Source of the DNA: an uncultured cyanobacterium | GTDB lineage: Bacteria > Cyanobacteriota > Cyanobacteriia > Phormidesmidales > Phormidesmidaceae | Assembly (NCBI GenBank): GCA_963793265.1 | Contig: CAWBZI010000001.1 | Location: forward strand, 1,696,001-1,760,000 | Length of the DNA stretch: 64,000 bases | Direction of reading: 5' to 3' | Shown here: one piece after another, positions 19,942 through 28,640 of the stretch | How positions within the stretch are numbered: position 1 is the first letter of the stretch | Layout: each line of letters begins with the position of its first letter | The notes under the pieces: generated by a model | What the model was told of the DNA's origin: nothing | The model's input: only the letters and a program-made list of their open reading frames with translations | The model's database searches: none | Position numbers and translations under genes: made by a program

Positions 19942-20316
19942 ATGGCACGCCAGATAAGATCAGGGGAGGGCTGGCGGCTCGGGTGGAATCCTGAGGCTGA
20001 AGAATTCTGTGGCCTGGTTGGGGGCGATCGCTGGGCAATAGAGCTAACAATTGCTGAATTTACAGATTTCTGCCGGGTAGCAAGGCAGCTAGGCAACACA
20101 ATGTCAGCGATGGCAGAGCAGCTTATGGACGAAGAACGGCTGAGCTGCGAGCAGGAAACCGAAGCGATTTGGCTAGAGGCTGAAGGGTTCCCGGCAGCAT
20201 ACAGCCTCCGGTTTATGCTGCTGACTGGACGCCAGAGTGAGGGCGAATGGCTTCCTGAGGCTGCGAATGACCTGACGAACGCCCTATGTGAGCCGCCTTT
20301 TGACCAAATTTCATAG
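19942..20316 (+). CDS. DUF1818 family protein
   Basis: GEGWRLGWNP...LVGGDRWAIELT..EF; likely ATG at 19942. Confidence 0.8.
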   Translation: MARQIRSGEGWRLGWNPEAEEFCGLVGGDRWAIELTIAEFTDFCRVARQLGNTMSAMAEQLMDEERLSCEQETEAIWLEAEGFPAAYSLRFMLLTGRQSEGEWLPEAANDLTNALCEPPFDQIS

Positions 20317-20435
20317 AAAAGACGCGCTCTGTTGGCAAAGTTTATAAATAAAACAAGTTTTGTTATTGTATTGAGCGACTAAGGGTTTAGATTGGGTTTG
20401 GACTAAAGCGCTATTCATTAGGAGCCGGGTGTGCA

Positions 20436-21698
20436 GTGAAAGTAAAAGTAGTAAGCGATACGCTGTTCAAGCTCAGCCCTAAGCTTTCCAGCCAGCTCTC
20501 CAATTCAGAAAAGGTTTTTGTTAAAAACGGCACCGAGTTTGAGGTCATTTCTTACACCGAGGCCGAGGGTAACCACACGCGGCTAGTGCTCGCTAACCAA
20601 ACCCTGGGCAACAATCAGCGAATTTGGTACGCCTATAATCCTGATATTCAAATCGAGTCATCCTCTGTCAAGCTCGTTGTCGTCAGTGACACTTTATTCA
20701 AGCAACTGCCTATCCTCTCTGCCGATCTACCCGAGTCCGGCAAGGTATTCGTCAAAAACGGCACCCAGTTTGACCTACAGTCCTATCTACCCGCAGCAGG
20801 CAACCACGTTAAAGTTGCGCTCGCCAATAAGTTCTTGGGCCCAAACAATCGCAACACCTGGTATGCCTACCAGCCCGACGTGCGAATCAGTGGCTCTACC
20901 GTCAAGCTCAAAGTGGTCAGCGACACGCTGTTTAAACAAAAACCTATTTTTTCCTACCAGCTCAGCCCCAGTGAAAAAGTGTTCGTCAAAAACGGCACCG
21001 AGTTTGAGCTAGTCAATAGTGAAAAAGCAGCCAGTAATCACGTTCGGATTTCGCTCGCTACCACAGGTCTGGGCGATCGCAACCTCAAAAACTGGTTCGC
21101 CTACGCCCCCGACATCATCATCGAAGGCAACACCCCCGACAACCGCCCCGACGCTAACTCCACCGACACCCCCCAGCCCGTCCCCGATCCAGAACCCGTC
21201 CGTCCTCCCTCTCCCCCCACACCCCCACGCCCCACACCACCTACACCTCCACAAACCAACCGCCCCACCGGCCCCTTCCGCCTTCCTGGGTTCCGCAGCA
21301 CCTTCTACCTCTCAGAGCCCATCATCCCCGGCGGCAACTTCACCTGGGCCGAAGCCACCAAAAGCGGTAGCCGCATTCCGGTTAGTCGCAACGTTGCCTA
21401 TGGCATCATCCGCATCGCGCGCGTGATGGAAGAAGTGCGGGCTCGGTTAGGCGATCGCCCCATCCGCGTCAACTCCTGGTATCGCGACCCGGTAAGCAAC
21501 CGCGCTGTCGGCGGCGCAATCTACTCCCGCCACCTCTCAGGCGACGCCATCGATTTCGTCGTCATCGGCCTACATGCCTACACCGTTTACGACCGGCTCA
21601 ATAGCTGGTGGGGCTCTCGCGGCGGCCTGGCCAGCTCCTCAATCTTCACTCACATCGATTCTCGTGGTTACTACGCCCGCTGGTCATATGGCTACTAG
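20436..21698 (+). CDS. Peptidase M15 (D-Ala-D-Ala metallopeptidase) with three N-terminal repeats and a Pro-rich linker
   Basis: C-terminal NFTWAEAT, SWYRDP..N.AVGGA..SRHL.GDAID and FTHIDSRG; three ~77-aa repeats. Confidence 0.85.
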   Translation: MKVKVVSDTLFKLSPKLSSQLSNSEKVFVKNGTEFEVISYTEAEGNHTRLVLANQTLGNNQRIWYAYNPDIQIESSSVKLVVVSDTLFKQLPILSADLPESGKVFVKNGTQFDLQSYLPAAGNHVKVALANKFLGPNNRNTWYAYQPDVRISGSTVKLKVVSDTLFKQKPIFSYQLSPSEKVFVKNGTEFELVNSEKAASNHVRISLATTGLGDRNLKNWFAYAPDIIIEGNTPDNRPDANSTDTPQPVPDPEPVRPPSPPTPPRPTPPTPPQTNRPTGPFRLPGFRSTFYLSEPIIPGGNFTWAEATKSGSRIPVSRNVAYGIIRIARVMEEVRARLGDRPIRVNSWYRDPVSNRAVGGAIYSRHLSGDAIDFVVIGLHAYTVYDRLNSWWGSRGGLASSSIFTHIDSRGYYARWSYGY

Positions 21699-21844
21699 AG
21701 AAAGCAATGTTGTAGAAGCCACTCACAGAAGGCATCTAATAGTTAATCAGCTTATGCTATTCAAAGTTAAAGCGAAAGTAATGGATGCTTACTTTCTTAC
21801 GAAGTATTACTAATTCACGGCTTCTAGAGCCTAGAAGGTCTGCA

Positions 21845-22063
21845 ATGCTAGCCAAACTAACCTCAAAAAACCAGCTTACTCTGCCAAAAAGTATTACTCG
21901 TGCAGTTGAAGAAACTGAATACTTCGAGGTAGAAGCCCAAGAAGGAAGAATTATTTTAACGCCCGTACGAATTCAAAAAGCCGATGCTGTGCGCTCCAAG
22001 CTAGCTGAGTTAGGTATCAGTCAACAGGATGTAGCAGACGCCGCGAATTAGGCTCGCAAGTAG
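21845..22063 (+). CDS. AbrB/MazE-family antitoxin; probable Trp-to-stop change three codons before the ancestral end
   Basis: MLAKLTSKNQLTLPK...EGRIILTPVRI; TAG at 22049-22051 is followed in frame by ARK-TAG (22063). Confidence 0.75.
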
Positions 22064-22137
22064 TGACAGCATCTCTCCCAATTCGGGCAGTGATCGATAC
22101 AAACATTGTTGTCTCTGCACTCATATTCGGAGGCTAA
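22063..22137 (+). pseudogene. Truncated PIN-domain toxin remnant
   Basis: GTG start overlapping the antitoxin stop; reads VTASLPIRAVIDTNIVVSALIFGG-stop (PIN N-terminal motif). No downstream PIN sequence visible. Confidence 0.8.
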
Positions 22138-22284
22138 CTGTCACAAGTGCGTTTTCGACTGAATAGTCCTGAGGACAGATTAAAACTATGAAATAGTATA
22201 TCTGCGCTTGTTTGTTTCCTGAAACGGAGCAAGGTTGTGTGGTATACATACATAACCTCCTGAGGATTGTCCAGAGGATAAGGA

Positions 22285-22863
22285 ATGAGTGGTGGAAACG
22301 TCGATCGCATTCCAGTTAACCAGCTGAGCGATCGCTACAATCTTGCCAGAAGTGCTGTGTACAAACGCATGGCCGACTTGGGCATTGAGCGAGAGAAAAT
22401 TGGTAACCGGGCCTACGTTAGCGGCCCGCAGGTAAAGCTGCTAGACGAGCTGCACGAATTTATTCAAATCGGTGGCAATGTCGCTGAGTTTATTGTCCGT
22501 AAAGGGCTAGACGTTAGTGGCTCTCAAGATAGCAATACTGGTACCGATCAGAACTCAGGACAGTCCGCTGGGCTAGCGCTGAATCAGGCCGATATGGTGA
22601 AGCTGGTGAGTGCGATCGCTGCTGAAATGGCCGCTCAAATCCGCCCTGCCGCCCCAACCAATCCGCTCGCCTACTACGATTTTTTGGAGAACGCAGCTAA
22701 AAACGGCTGGAAACTTAGAACCGCCGAACTCGCTGAACTGTTAAAGCTCAGCCCCACTGAAATCAATCAATACGGCCAAACCTTCTACGAAGCAGGATTT
22801 ACTTTCAATCGCTCCGGCTATCGATCTGGCGGAGAAGCTGCTTGGGTCGTTTCAAAACAGTGA
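22285..22863 (+). CDS. Hypothetical protein with probable N-terminal HTH
   Basis: 192-aa ORF with AAGGA RBS; LSDRYNLARSAVYKRM is HTH-like. Confidence 0.65.
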   Translation: MSGGNVDRIPVNQLSDRYNLARSAVYKRMADLGIEREKIGNRAYVSGPQVKLLDELHEFIQIGGNVAEFIVRKGLDVSGSQDSNTGTDQNSGQSAGLALNQADMVKLVSAIAAEMAAQIRPAAPTNPLAYYDFLENAAKNGWKLRTAELAELLKLSPTEINQYGQTFYEAGFTFNRSGYRSGGEAAWVVSKQ

Positions 22864-22871
22864 TGCTAACG

Positions 22872-23212
22872 TTTAGGAAGCGCTTGAACCCATAGAAAGT
22901 CCTCCTCTGATACGGGTGGCTGTGGTTGACTGTTAAGGAGTCGGTATAGTAACTCTTTCCGGTCTAGTAGGAACCGCTACCGCTGATGAACGAACGCCTT
23001 TCTGTTGAGTTTGCTTTTGCACATACACATCTGGAATACAGACAAGCAAAGTATCGACATATACCCTAGTCTCTACTGCCGCTCTGTATTTAGGCACTAT
23101 CTGCGGATTAATCGTTCTAGCTATCTCTGAAGTCAACGCATGATGAATTTCCGGCCAGCGATAAGGGCTTTCGAGGTAAGGACTCATTCTTTGTAAATAG
23201 AGGTATCGTCAT
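22872..23212 (-). pseudogene. DUF4058-family remnant (frameshift plus internal deletion)
   Basis: MSPYLE..RWPEIHH...PKYRAAVETRVY...IPDV N-terminal piece. A different frame gives QPQPPVSEEDFLWVQAL, like the family C-terminus. The 5' ATG is out of frame. Confidence 0.65.
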
Positions 23213-23881
23213 AGCTCTGCTGGCGCAACTATGGCCGTTATAGAATCACACAAAGCTTCTTCAATACGCAGCGAAATGCTCACTTGCTATAGATAGGCAT
23301 GGATTAAGATAGAATATAGGTACTAGCATGAAAAAAGCTGACGTTCCCGCCAGCTTAGGTATCTATTTAGTATGTATTGAGCCGTTTGATATCAACGGAT
23401 TGCCGTCTGCTGATATCTTCATTGATAAGTGAGTAGTCCAAGGACTTACAGTCCCAAAAGGCTACCGTTCTATTGATGTTGGTGGCATTAGCAGTGGTGT
23501 CGGTGATATTGGCAGTGATGTTGATATTAGCACTGGCACCACTTTGCTGTTTAAACCAGTCGGAGACTAGCAAATTAGCCAAAGCAGTGGACTTTCAGTC
23601 ATTCTGGCACTTGTACGCCAGCGGAGGCTTTACCTACCAGTGGAAGCCGTTCCTCCTAAACCCTCAAGTCTTTCTCTCTGGTCAATAGCATAGCATGTCC
23701 TAAGGATAGTCCGCCAATATGTCCTGCAAATATTCCTTAGGACTGTACTGAGGAATATCCTGTTTGATGATTAAGTACTGTTCCTCAGGACTGTACTTGG
23801 TATCACTACTGATTTTCTTTGGGCGATCGCTCAACAACTGTCCAAACGTTATGCTATTGTCTATAAGCAAATTAAACGCTT

Positions 23882-23955
23882 CGGGGCGTAGCGCAGCTTG
23901 GTAGCGCACTACTTTGGGGTAGTAGGGGTCGTGGGTTCAAATCCCGCCGCTCCGA
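23882..23955 (+). tRNA. tRNA-Pro(GGG)
   Basis: CGGGGCG acceptor, anticodon arm CTACT-TTGGGGT-AGTAG, GGTTCAAATCC T-loop; no encoded CCA. Confidence 0.97.
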
Positions 23956-23979
23956 TATTGCATTAGTTTGCAGATCATG

Positions 23980-24012
23980 AAACGGACACTTCTGTATGAG
24001 GTGTCCGTTTTT
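23980..24012 (+). terminator. Intrinsic terminator after tRNA-Pro
   Basis: aaacggacact-tctgtatg-aggtgtccgttttt. Confidence 0.8.
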
Positions 24013-24113
24013 GATTTAGAGGCTCGTTGAGCTGGTTTGCTTTATCTATAGCAGTATCAACTAGCCACAACCTCCTATGGCACAATGGTTAAACCCTTAA
24101 GTTAAGCAAACCT

Positions 24114-25196
24114 GTGAGTACTCTCAAGCCCCCTGTCCGCCGAGCCGTTTTTCCCTTCACTGCGGTGATCGGCCAAGAAGACATGAAGTTAGCGCTAATC
24201 TTAAACGTGATCGATCCAAAGATTGGTGGCGTGATGATTATGGGCGATCGTGGCACAGGTAAATCCACTACCATCCGAGCCCTAGCCGATCTGTTGCCCG
24301 AAATTGAAGTCACTGCTGACGATCCGTTTAACCGCGCGCCGAACAATCCTGACGTGATTGCAGAACGTGAGGGGCAAGATGTCCCTGTAGCTGCTAAAAA
24401 GGTGCCAATGGTTGATTTGCCCTTGGGCGCGACTGAAGATCGCGTGTGCGGCACGATTGATATTGAAAAGGCACTGGCTGAAGGCGTGAAAGCGTTTGAG
24501 CCGGGGCTACTGGCAAAGGCTAATCGCGGGCTGCTATATGTAGACGAAGTTAATTTGCTAGACGATCACCTTGTTGATGTACTGCTCGATTCGGCGGCGT
24601 CTGGTTGGAATACCGTAGAGCGAGAAGGCATTTCGATTCGTCATCCCGCTCAGTTTGTATTGATTGGTTCAGGTAACCCTGAAGAGGGTGAGCTACGCCC
24701 TCAGCTATTAGATCGTTTTGGAATGCACGCAGAGATTCGCACCGTTCGAGATCCTGAAATGCGCGTGCAAATTGTGGAGCAGCGCACCGAGTTTGATCAA
24801 AATCCTGAGGACTTTACGGCGAAGTGTCAAGGCGATCAAAACGCGCTTCAGCAGAAGATTATTGAGGCTCAAAATCGCCTGCGTGAGGTGTCGCTTGATC
24901 ACGATCTGCGGGTGAAAATCTCTGAAGTTTGCTCCGAGCTAGATGTGGACGGGCTGCGAGGCGACATCGTGACAAATCGGGCGGCAAAAGCATTAGCGGC
25001 TTACGAAGGACGCACGGAAGTGACGCTTGAGGATATTCAAAAGGTGATTGCGCTATGTCTGCGTCACCGCCTGAGAAAAGATCCTTTGGAGTCGATTGAT
25101 TCGGGCTTTAAGGTTGAAAAGACGTTTAGTAAAACCTTTGGCGTAGCTGAGCCTACGATGTCAGCGAATGGTCGTCAGCCTGCTGGTGTGAGATAG
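24114..25196 (+). CDS. chlI: Magnesium chelatase ATPase subunit I
   Basis: [39 protein letters not shown]. Confidence 0.97.
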   Translation: MSTLKPPVRRAVFPFTAVIGQEDMKLALILNVIDPKIGGVMIMGDRGTGKSTTIRALADLLPEIEVTADDPFNRAPNNPDVIAEREGQDVPVAAKKVPMVDLPLGATEDRVCGTIDIEKALAEGVKAFEPGLLAKANRGLLYVDEVNLLDDHLVDVLLDSAASGWNTVEREGISIRHPAQFVLIGSGNPEEGELRPQLLDRFGMHAEIRTVRDPEMRVQIVEQRTEFDQNPEDFTAKCQGDQNALQQKIIEAQNRLREVSLDHDLRVKISEVCSELDVDGLRGDIVTNRAAKALAAYEGRTEVTLEDIQKVIALCLRHRLRKDPLESIDSGFKVEKTFSKTFGVAEPTMSANGRQPAGVR

Positions 25197-25197
25197 C

Positions 25198-25746
25198 GTG
25201 CGCAACCTCGATGCAGATCCTAATACAGCCGAGCTGGATTCGAGCAAACGGACTAAGCGTATTTTAGGGCTCGATCCAGGGCTGGCGATTTTGGGGTTTG
25301 GCGTGATTGAATACGATCCGGCAGATATGCGATCGCTCTCCCCCACTATCGAAACCATCGACTACGGCGTGGTGCAAACCCCGGCCCGCACAGACACGGG
25401 TAAACGGCTATGCACTATCTACGATGACCTGCATAGCGTCATAGATGAGTACAAGCCTGATTTGGTATCGATTGAAAAGCTCTTCTTTTATAAGATGGGC
25501 AACACCATCTTGGTTGCTCAGGCTCGCGGCGTAGTGATGCTGGTGCTGGCTCAGCGAGAGCTACCGTTCGTTGAGTTCACGCCTGCCCAAATTAAGCAGT
25601 CAATTACAGGACACGGCAATGCTGACAAAGCCGATGTGCAAGATGCGATTACTCGTGAGCTGAAGCTAGAGAGTATTCCTAAGCCGGATGACGCTGCCGA
25701 TGGTTTGGCCGTAGCGCTCACGGCCTGGTTCCGTATGGAGGAATAA
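25198..25746 (+). CDS. ruvC: Holliday junction resolvase
   Basis: [26 protein letters not shown]. Confidence 0.95.
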   Translation: MRNLDADPNTAELDSSKRTKRILGLDPGLAILGFGVIEYDPADMRSLSPTIETIDYGVVQTPARTDTGKRLCTIYDDLHSVIDEYKPDLVSIEKLFFYKMGNTILVAQARGVVMLVLAQRELPFVEFTPAQIKQSITGHGNADKADVQDAITRELKLESIPKPDDAADGLAVALTAWFRMEE

Positions 25747-25752
25747 AGGAGA

Positions 25753-26244
25753 ATGATGACGCCGACGTTTGTATCGCCTTTAGCCAGAGCCCAGGTAGAG
25801 CAGCTTATGCAGCCTGCTTTAATTCGGGTGATTGACAATATTCGTAAGCAGCTAGATAGCGAAGACTGGCGTGGTGATTATGAGGAGGAGCTGATTTGGC
25901 CCGAGGGCACGACCGCAGATCAGCAGCAGGAATATGCGACGCTGCAAAAGGGGTTGCATGGGGTGCCGCCCGAAGAACATGACCGGGTAGCGGCATTAAT
26001 TGCTGAGCTGCCTCAACCTTCTCCGCTCTATACGTTGCGGCTGACTAAGGCGGATAGCCCTGATCAAACGGTGGATATTTGGGCGTTTTGCTATCGGGTC
26101 TGTGCCAGTAGAGAGGTTCGAGAAGGTGAGGTGATCGCAGCAGACACCACACTATTCGATGAGTACGGCGAAGTCGATTGGCGATCGCTAGACGACAAAA
26201 CGAGAACCTTAGTAGAAGGCATATTTGAGGCTTTACCGTCTTAG
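25753..26244 (+). CDS. Conserved cyanobacterial hypothetical protein
   Basis: LMQPALIRVIDNIRKQL...W.FCYRVC...DW..LD.K; AGGAG RBS. Confidence 0.75.
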   Translation: MMTPTFVSPLARAQVEQLMQPALIRVIDNIRKQLDSEDWRGDYEEELIWPEGTTADQQQEYATLQKGLHGVPPEEHDRVAALIAELPQPSPLYTLRLTKADSPDQTVDIWAFCYRVCASREVREGEVIAADTTLFDEYGEVDWRSLDDKTRTLVEGIFEALPS

Positions 26245-26368
26245 CGCTCAATCTATTAGGTGATTTCTCTCTATTAATAGGAATGGATGCGCCTATCTAT
26301 TTAATAGATGTGCTTTGAAACGGCTATATGGTTATTTGGAGATAACGCTATCGAGGTTGAGACGGGCT

Positions 26369-27031
26369 ATGCAACTGATTGGAATGCTGGATTCTCCTTA
26401 TGTAAGACGAGTTGCGATCGCTCTCAACACCAAAAACGTCCCTTTCGAGCACAGCTTCCTTTCTGTTTTTCGCGATATCGAAGCATTCAGTCAAATCAAT
26501 CCGCTAATTAAAGCGCCTACGCTGGTGTGTGATGACGGCGAAGTACTGATGGACTCAACGCTGATCTTGGCCTATCTCGACCGGCTATCTATAGAAAAGA
26601 CGGGCGCTGATATGGGGCTGATGCCTCAGGCTATAAACGACTATCAGAAGGCGCTGCGCATCATCGGACTGGCGTTTAATGCCTGTGACAAAAGCGTGCA
26701 AATTTTGTACGAACGCGATCTGCGCCCTGCTGAGAAGCAGCATCAGCCCTGGCAAGATCGGATTCAGTCTCAGCTAGCGGCTGCCTATAATTTGCTAGAA
26801 CCCTACGCCGCTGAAACATCGAATTGGCTCATTGGCGATACGTTGACTCAGGCAGATATCACCGTTTGCGTAGCCTGGCAGTTTACTCAGCTCGTCGTGC
26901 CCGATGTAATCGGCAGCCAAAGCTATCCTGCACTGTCTGCGCTTTCACAGCGCGCTGAAGCTTTGCCCGCCTTTAAGGCCGCTCCCCTTGAGCAGGGCTG
27001 GCAACCGAAAGGCAATAACCATGAAAATTGA
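26369..27031 (+). CDS. Glutathione S-transferase family protein
   Basis: MQLIGMLDSPYVRRVAI, NPL.KAPTL..DDG.VLMDS; likely ATG at 26369. Confidence 0.92.
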   Translation: MQLIGMLDSPYVRRVAIALNTKNVPFEHSFLSVFRDIEAFSQINPLIKAPTLVCDDGEVLMDSTLILAYLDRLSIEKTGADMGLMPQAINDYQKALRIIGLAFNACDKSVQILYERDLRPAEKQHQPWQDRIQSQLAAAYNLLEPYAAETSNWLIGDTLTQADITVCVAWQFTQLVVPDVIGSQSYPALSALSQRAEALPAFKAAPLEQGWQPKGNNHEN

Positions 27032-27479
27032 TTTGTCCACTGTGCCAGTTGAGTCAGGTTCAACCTATCCCGCAGAATTTCAGACGGCGGTGGCAGGGCG
27101 ATCGCGTCAGCGGATCGGCAAAGCCGCAGGGCTCAAAAACTTTGGCGTCAACTTAACGACGCTACAGCCTGGAAGCCAGTCAGCGCTGAGACACTGGCAC
27201 TCTGCGCAAGATGAGTTTGTCTACATCGTTCAAGGCGAGCTGGTGATGATTACAGACGATGGCGAGCAGCAATTGAACCCAGGCGATATGGCTTGCTTCC
27301 CGGCAGCCAAAGCGAATGGACACCATCTAGTTAACCGTTCACACGCGCCTGCGACCTACTTAGAAGTCGGTGATAAGTCCACACCAGATCGCGCTGAATA
27401 TCCTGATGATGATTTGGTGTGTGTGCCCATGCCTGACGGCAAAAGGCAGTTTGAGCGTAAAGATGGGTCTGTTTATTAG
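27021..27479 (+). CDS. Cupin domain protein
   Basis: GLKNFGVNLTTL.PG..SALRHWH..QDEF...GHHLVN. Confidence 0.9.
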   Translation: MKIDLSTVPVESGSTYPAEFQTAVAGRSRQRIGKAAGLKNFGVNLTTLQPGSQSALRHWHSAQDEFVYIVQGELVMITDDGEQQLNPGDMACFPAAKANGHHLVNRSHAPATYLEVGDKSTPDRAEYPDDDLVCVPMPDGKRQFERKDGSVY

Positions 27480-27794
27480 CGCGATCGCCGTTTAAGCCTG
27501 GCATAGAAAGCTCGAATATAGCCCCAATACGCAAAATTACTCTGATCAAGGCTGTGACAAGAATGCTTCATTAGAGGAGTATCTACTTAGGGACAATCCC
27601 CAAAAGCTCTTGGTGGCAACCTGATCGAACCCACCCAGCGGCCCTATCGCTACATCCGCTGTCTTTACTTAAAAAATATACAAAAGCCGTCAGTACTTGC
27701 GCAAAGTTTATTTCAAAAGTTGCGGATTAGTATCCAAAAACTAAGTATAAATTTATACCGCAGTTAAAAGACTTCCACCATAGGGACTCCCATC

Positions 27795-28526
27795 ATGAAA
27801 TATCGTATTCTCGGCGCACTTGTCTCCTTAGCTGCTTGGTCAGTTAGCTACGCGCCTGCACCACAAGCTATCGGCCTGCAAATCGGCACCGCCGCCCAAG
27901 CGGGCGTACGTTGGACACCCGACCCCGATCAGGGCAGTGCTTCTAGTACTCTATCTGGCGGGCGTCGCGGCACATCAGCGTCGGCCTGCGCCCTAGATTC
28001 TCTCGCCCCTGATCCTGCGATTACGCTGCTAGTACCCGAAGGCGCTACCGGCCTAACCACCAAAGCGCAGCCTACACTTTCCTGGTATCTAGAAAGTGAG
28101 AACGTTGCTGAAATGACCTTTATGCTTTCTCACCCTGAACAGGCCACACCCATTCATACTCAGCACATTAGCGCTTCCGAAGGATTAGTAGAGGTGTCTC
28201 TGCCAGATTCGGCTGCGTTAGAAGTTGGTACGCGCTACCGCTGGATGGTTTTTTTAACCTGCAATAATGGTGAGAATGAAGTTCATGCTCGGAGCTTTGT
28301 AGAGCGAGTGGCTGAAGATTCTGTCGCTACAGACATCAGCAGCTTAAGCGAAACTCAGCAGGCGGAAGCTTACGCCGAAAGTGGGATTTGGTACGACGCG
28401 CTCAATAGCTTAGTTAGCGCCTATCGCGCAGAATCACAGATGAGTACGCTGCTAGACATTCGAGGTTTGCTGGAGCAGGCTGATACCGAAGTGCCTTTGG
28501 ATCTTTCTTTGGCGACGGCCTCATAG
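27795..28526 (+). CDS. DUF928 domain protein, secreted
   Basis: Signal-like N-terminus; GGRRG...C, LLVP..GLT...PTL.WY and YAESGIWYDAL. Confidence 0.85.
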   Translation: MKYRILGALVSLAAWSVSYAPAPQAIGLQIGTAAQAGVRWTPDPDQGSASSTLSGGRRGTSASACALDSLAPDPAITLLVPEGATGLTTKAQPTLSWYLESENVAEMTFMLSHPEQATPIHTQHISASEGLVEVSLPDSAALEVGTRYRWMVFLTCNNGENEVHARSFVERVAEDSVATDISSLSETQQAEAYAESGIWYDALNSLVSAYRAESQMSTLLDIRGLLEQADTEVPLDLSLATAS

Positions 28527-28571
28527 CGATCGCATATCCAATTATCAACCAGGCTTAACTAGATTCAAACA

Positions 28572-28608
28572 AAAGCCTTCATTCCTCTCAATCTGGAATG
28601 GAGGCTTT
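28572..28608 (+). terminator. Hairpin between DUF928 and the diguanylate cyclase
   Basis: aaagccttcattcc...ggaatggaggcttt. Confidence 0.55.
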
Positions 28609-28640
28609 ATCTATCGCTATGCACTTATTCAGCGCTCACA

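Noticed and set aside
21120..21290. C-rich tract as a non-coding element
   Set aside because: It encodes the Pro/Thr linker of the M15 peptidase.
23700..23909. 69-aa minus-strand ORF
   Set aside because: Its start lies antisense within tRNA-Pro and it has no recognisable motif.
27480..27790. Riboswitch upstream of DUF928 / diguanylate cyclase
   Set aside because: No recognisable c-di-GMP or other riboswitch consensus by eye; an Rfam/Infernal scan would be needed.
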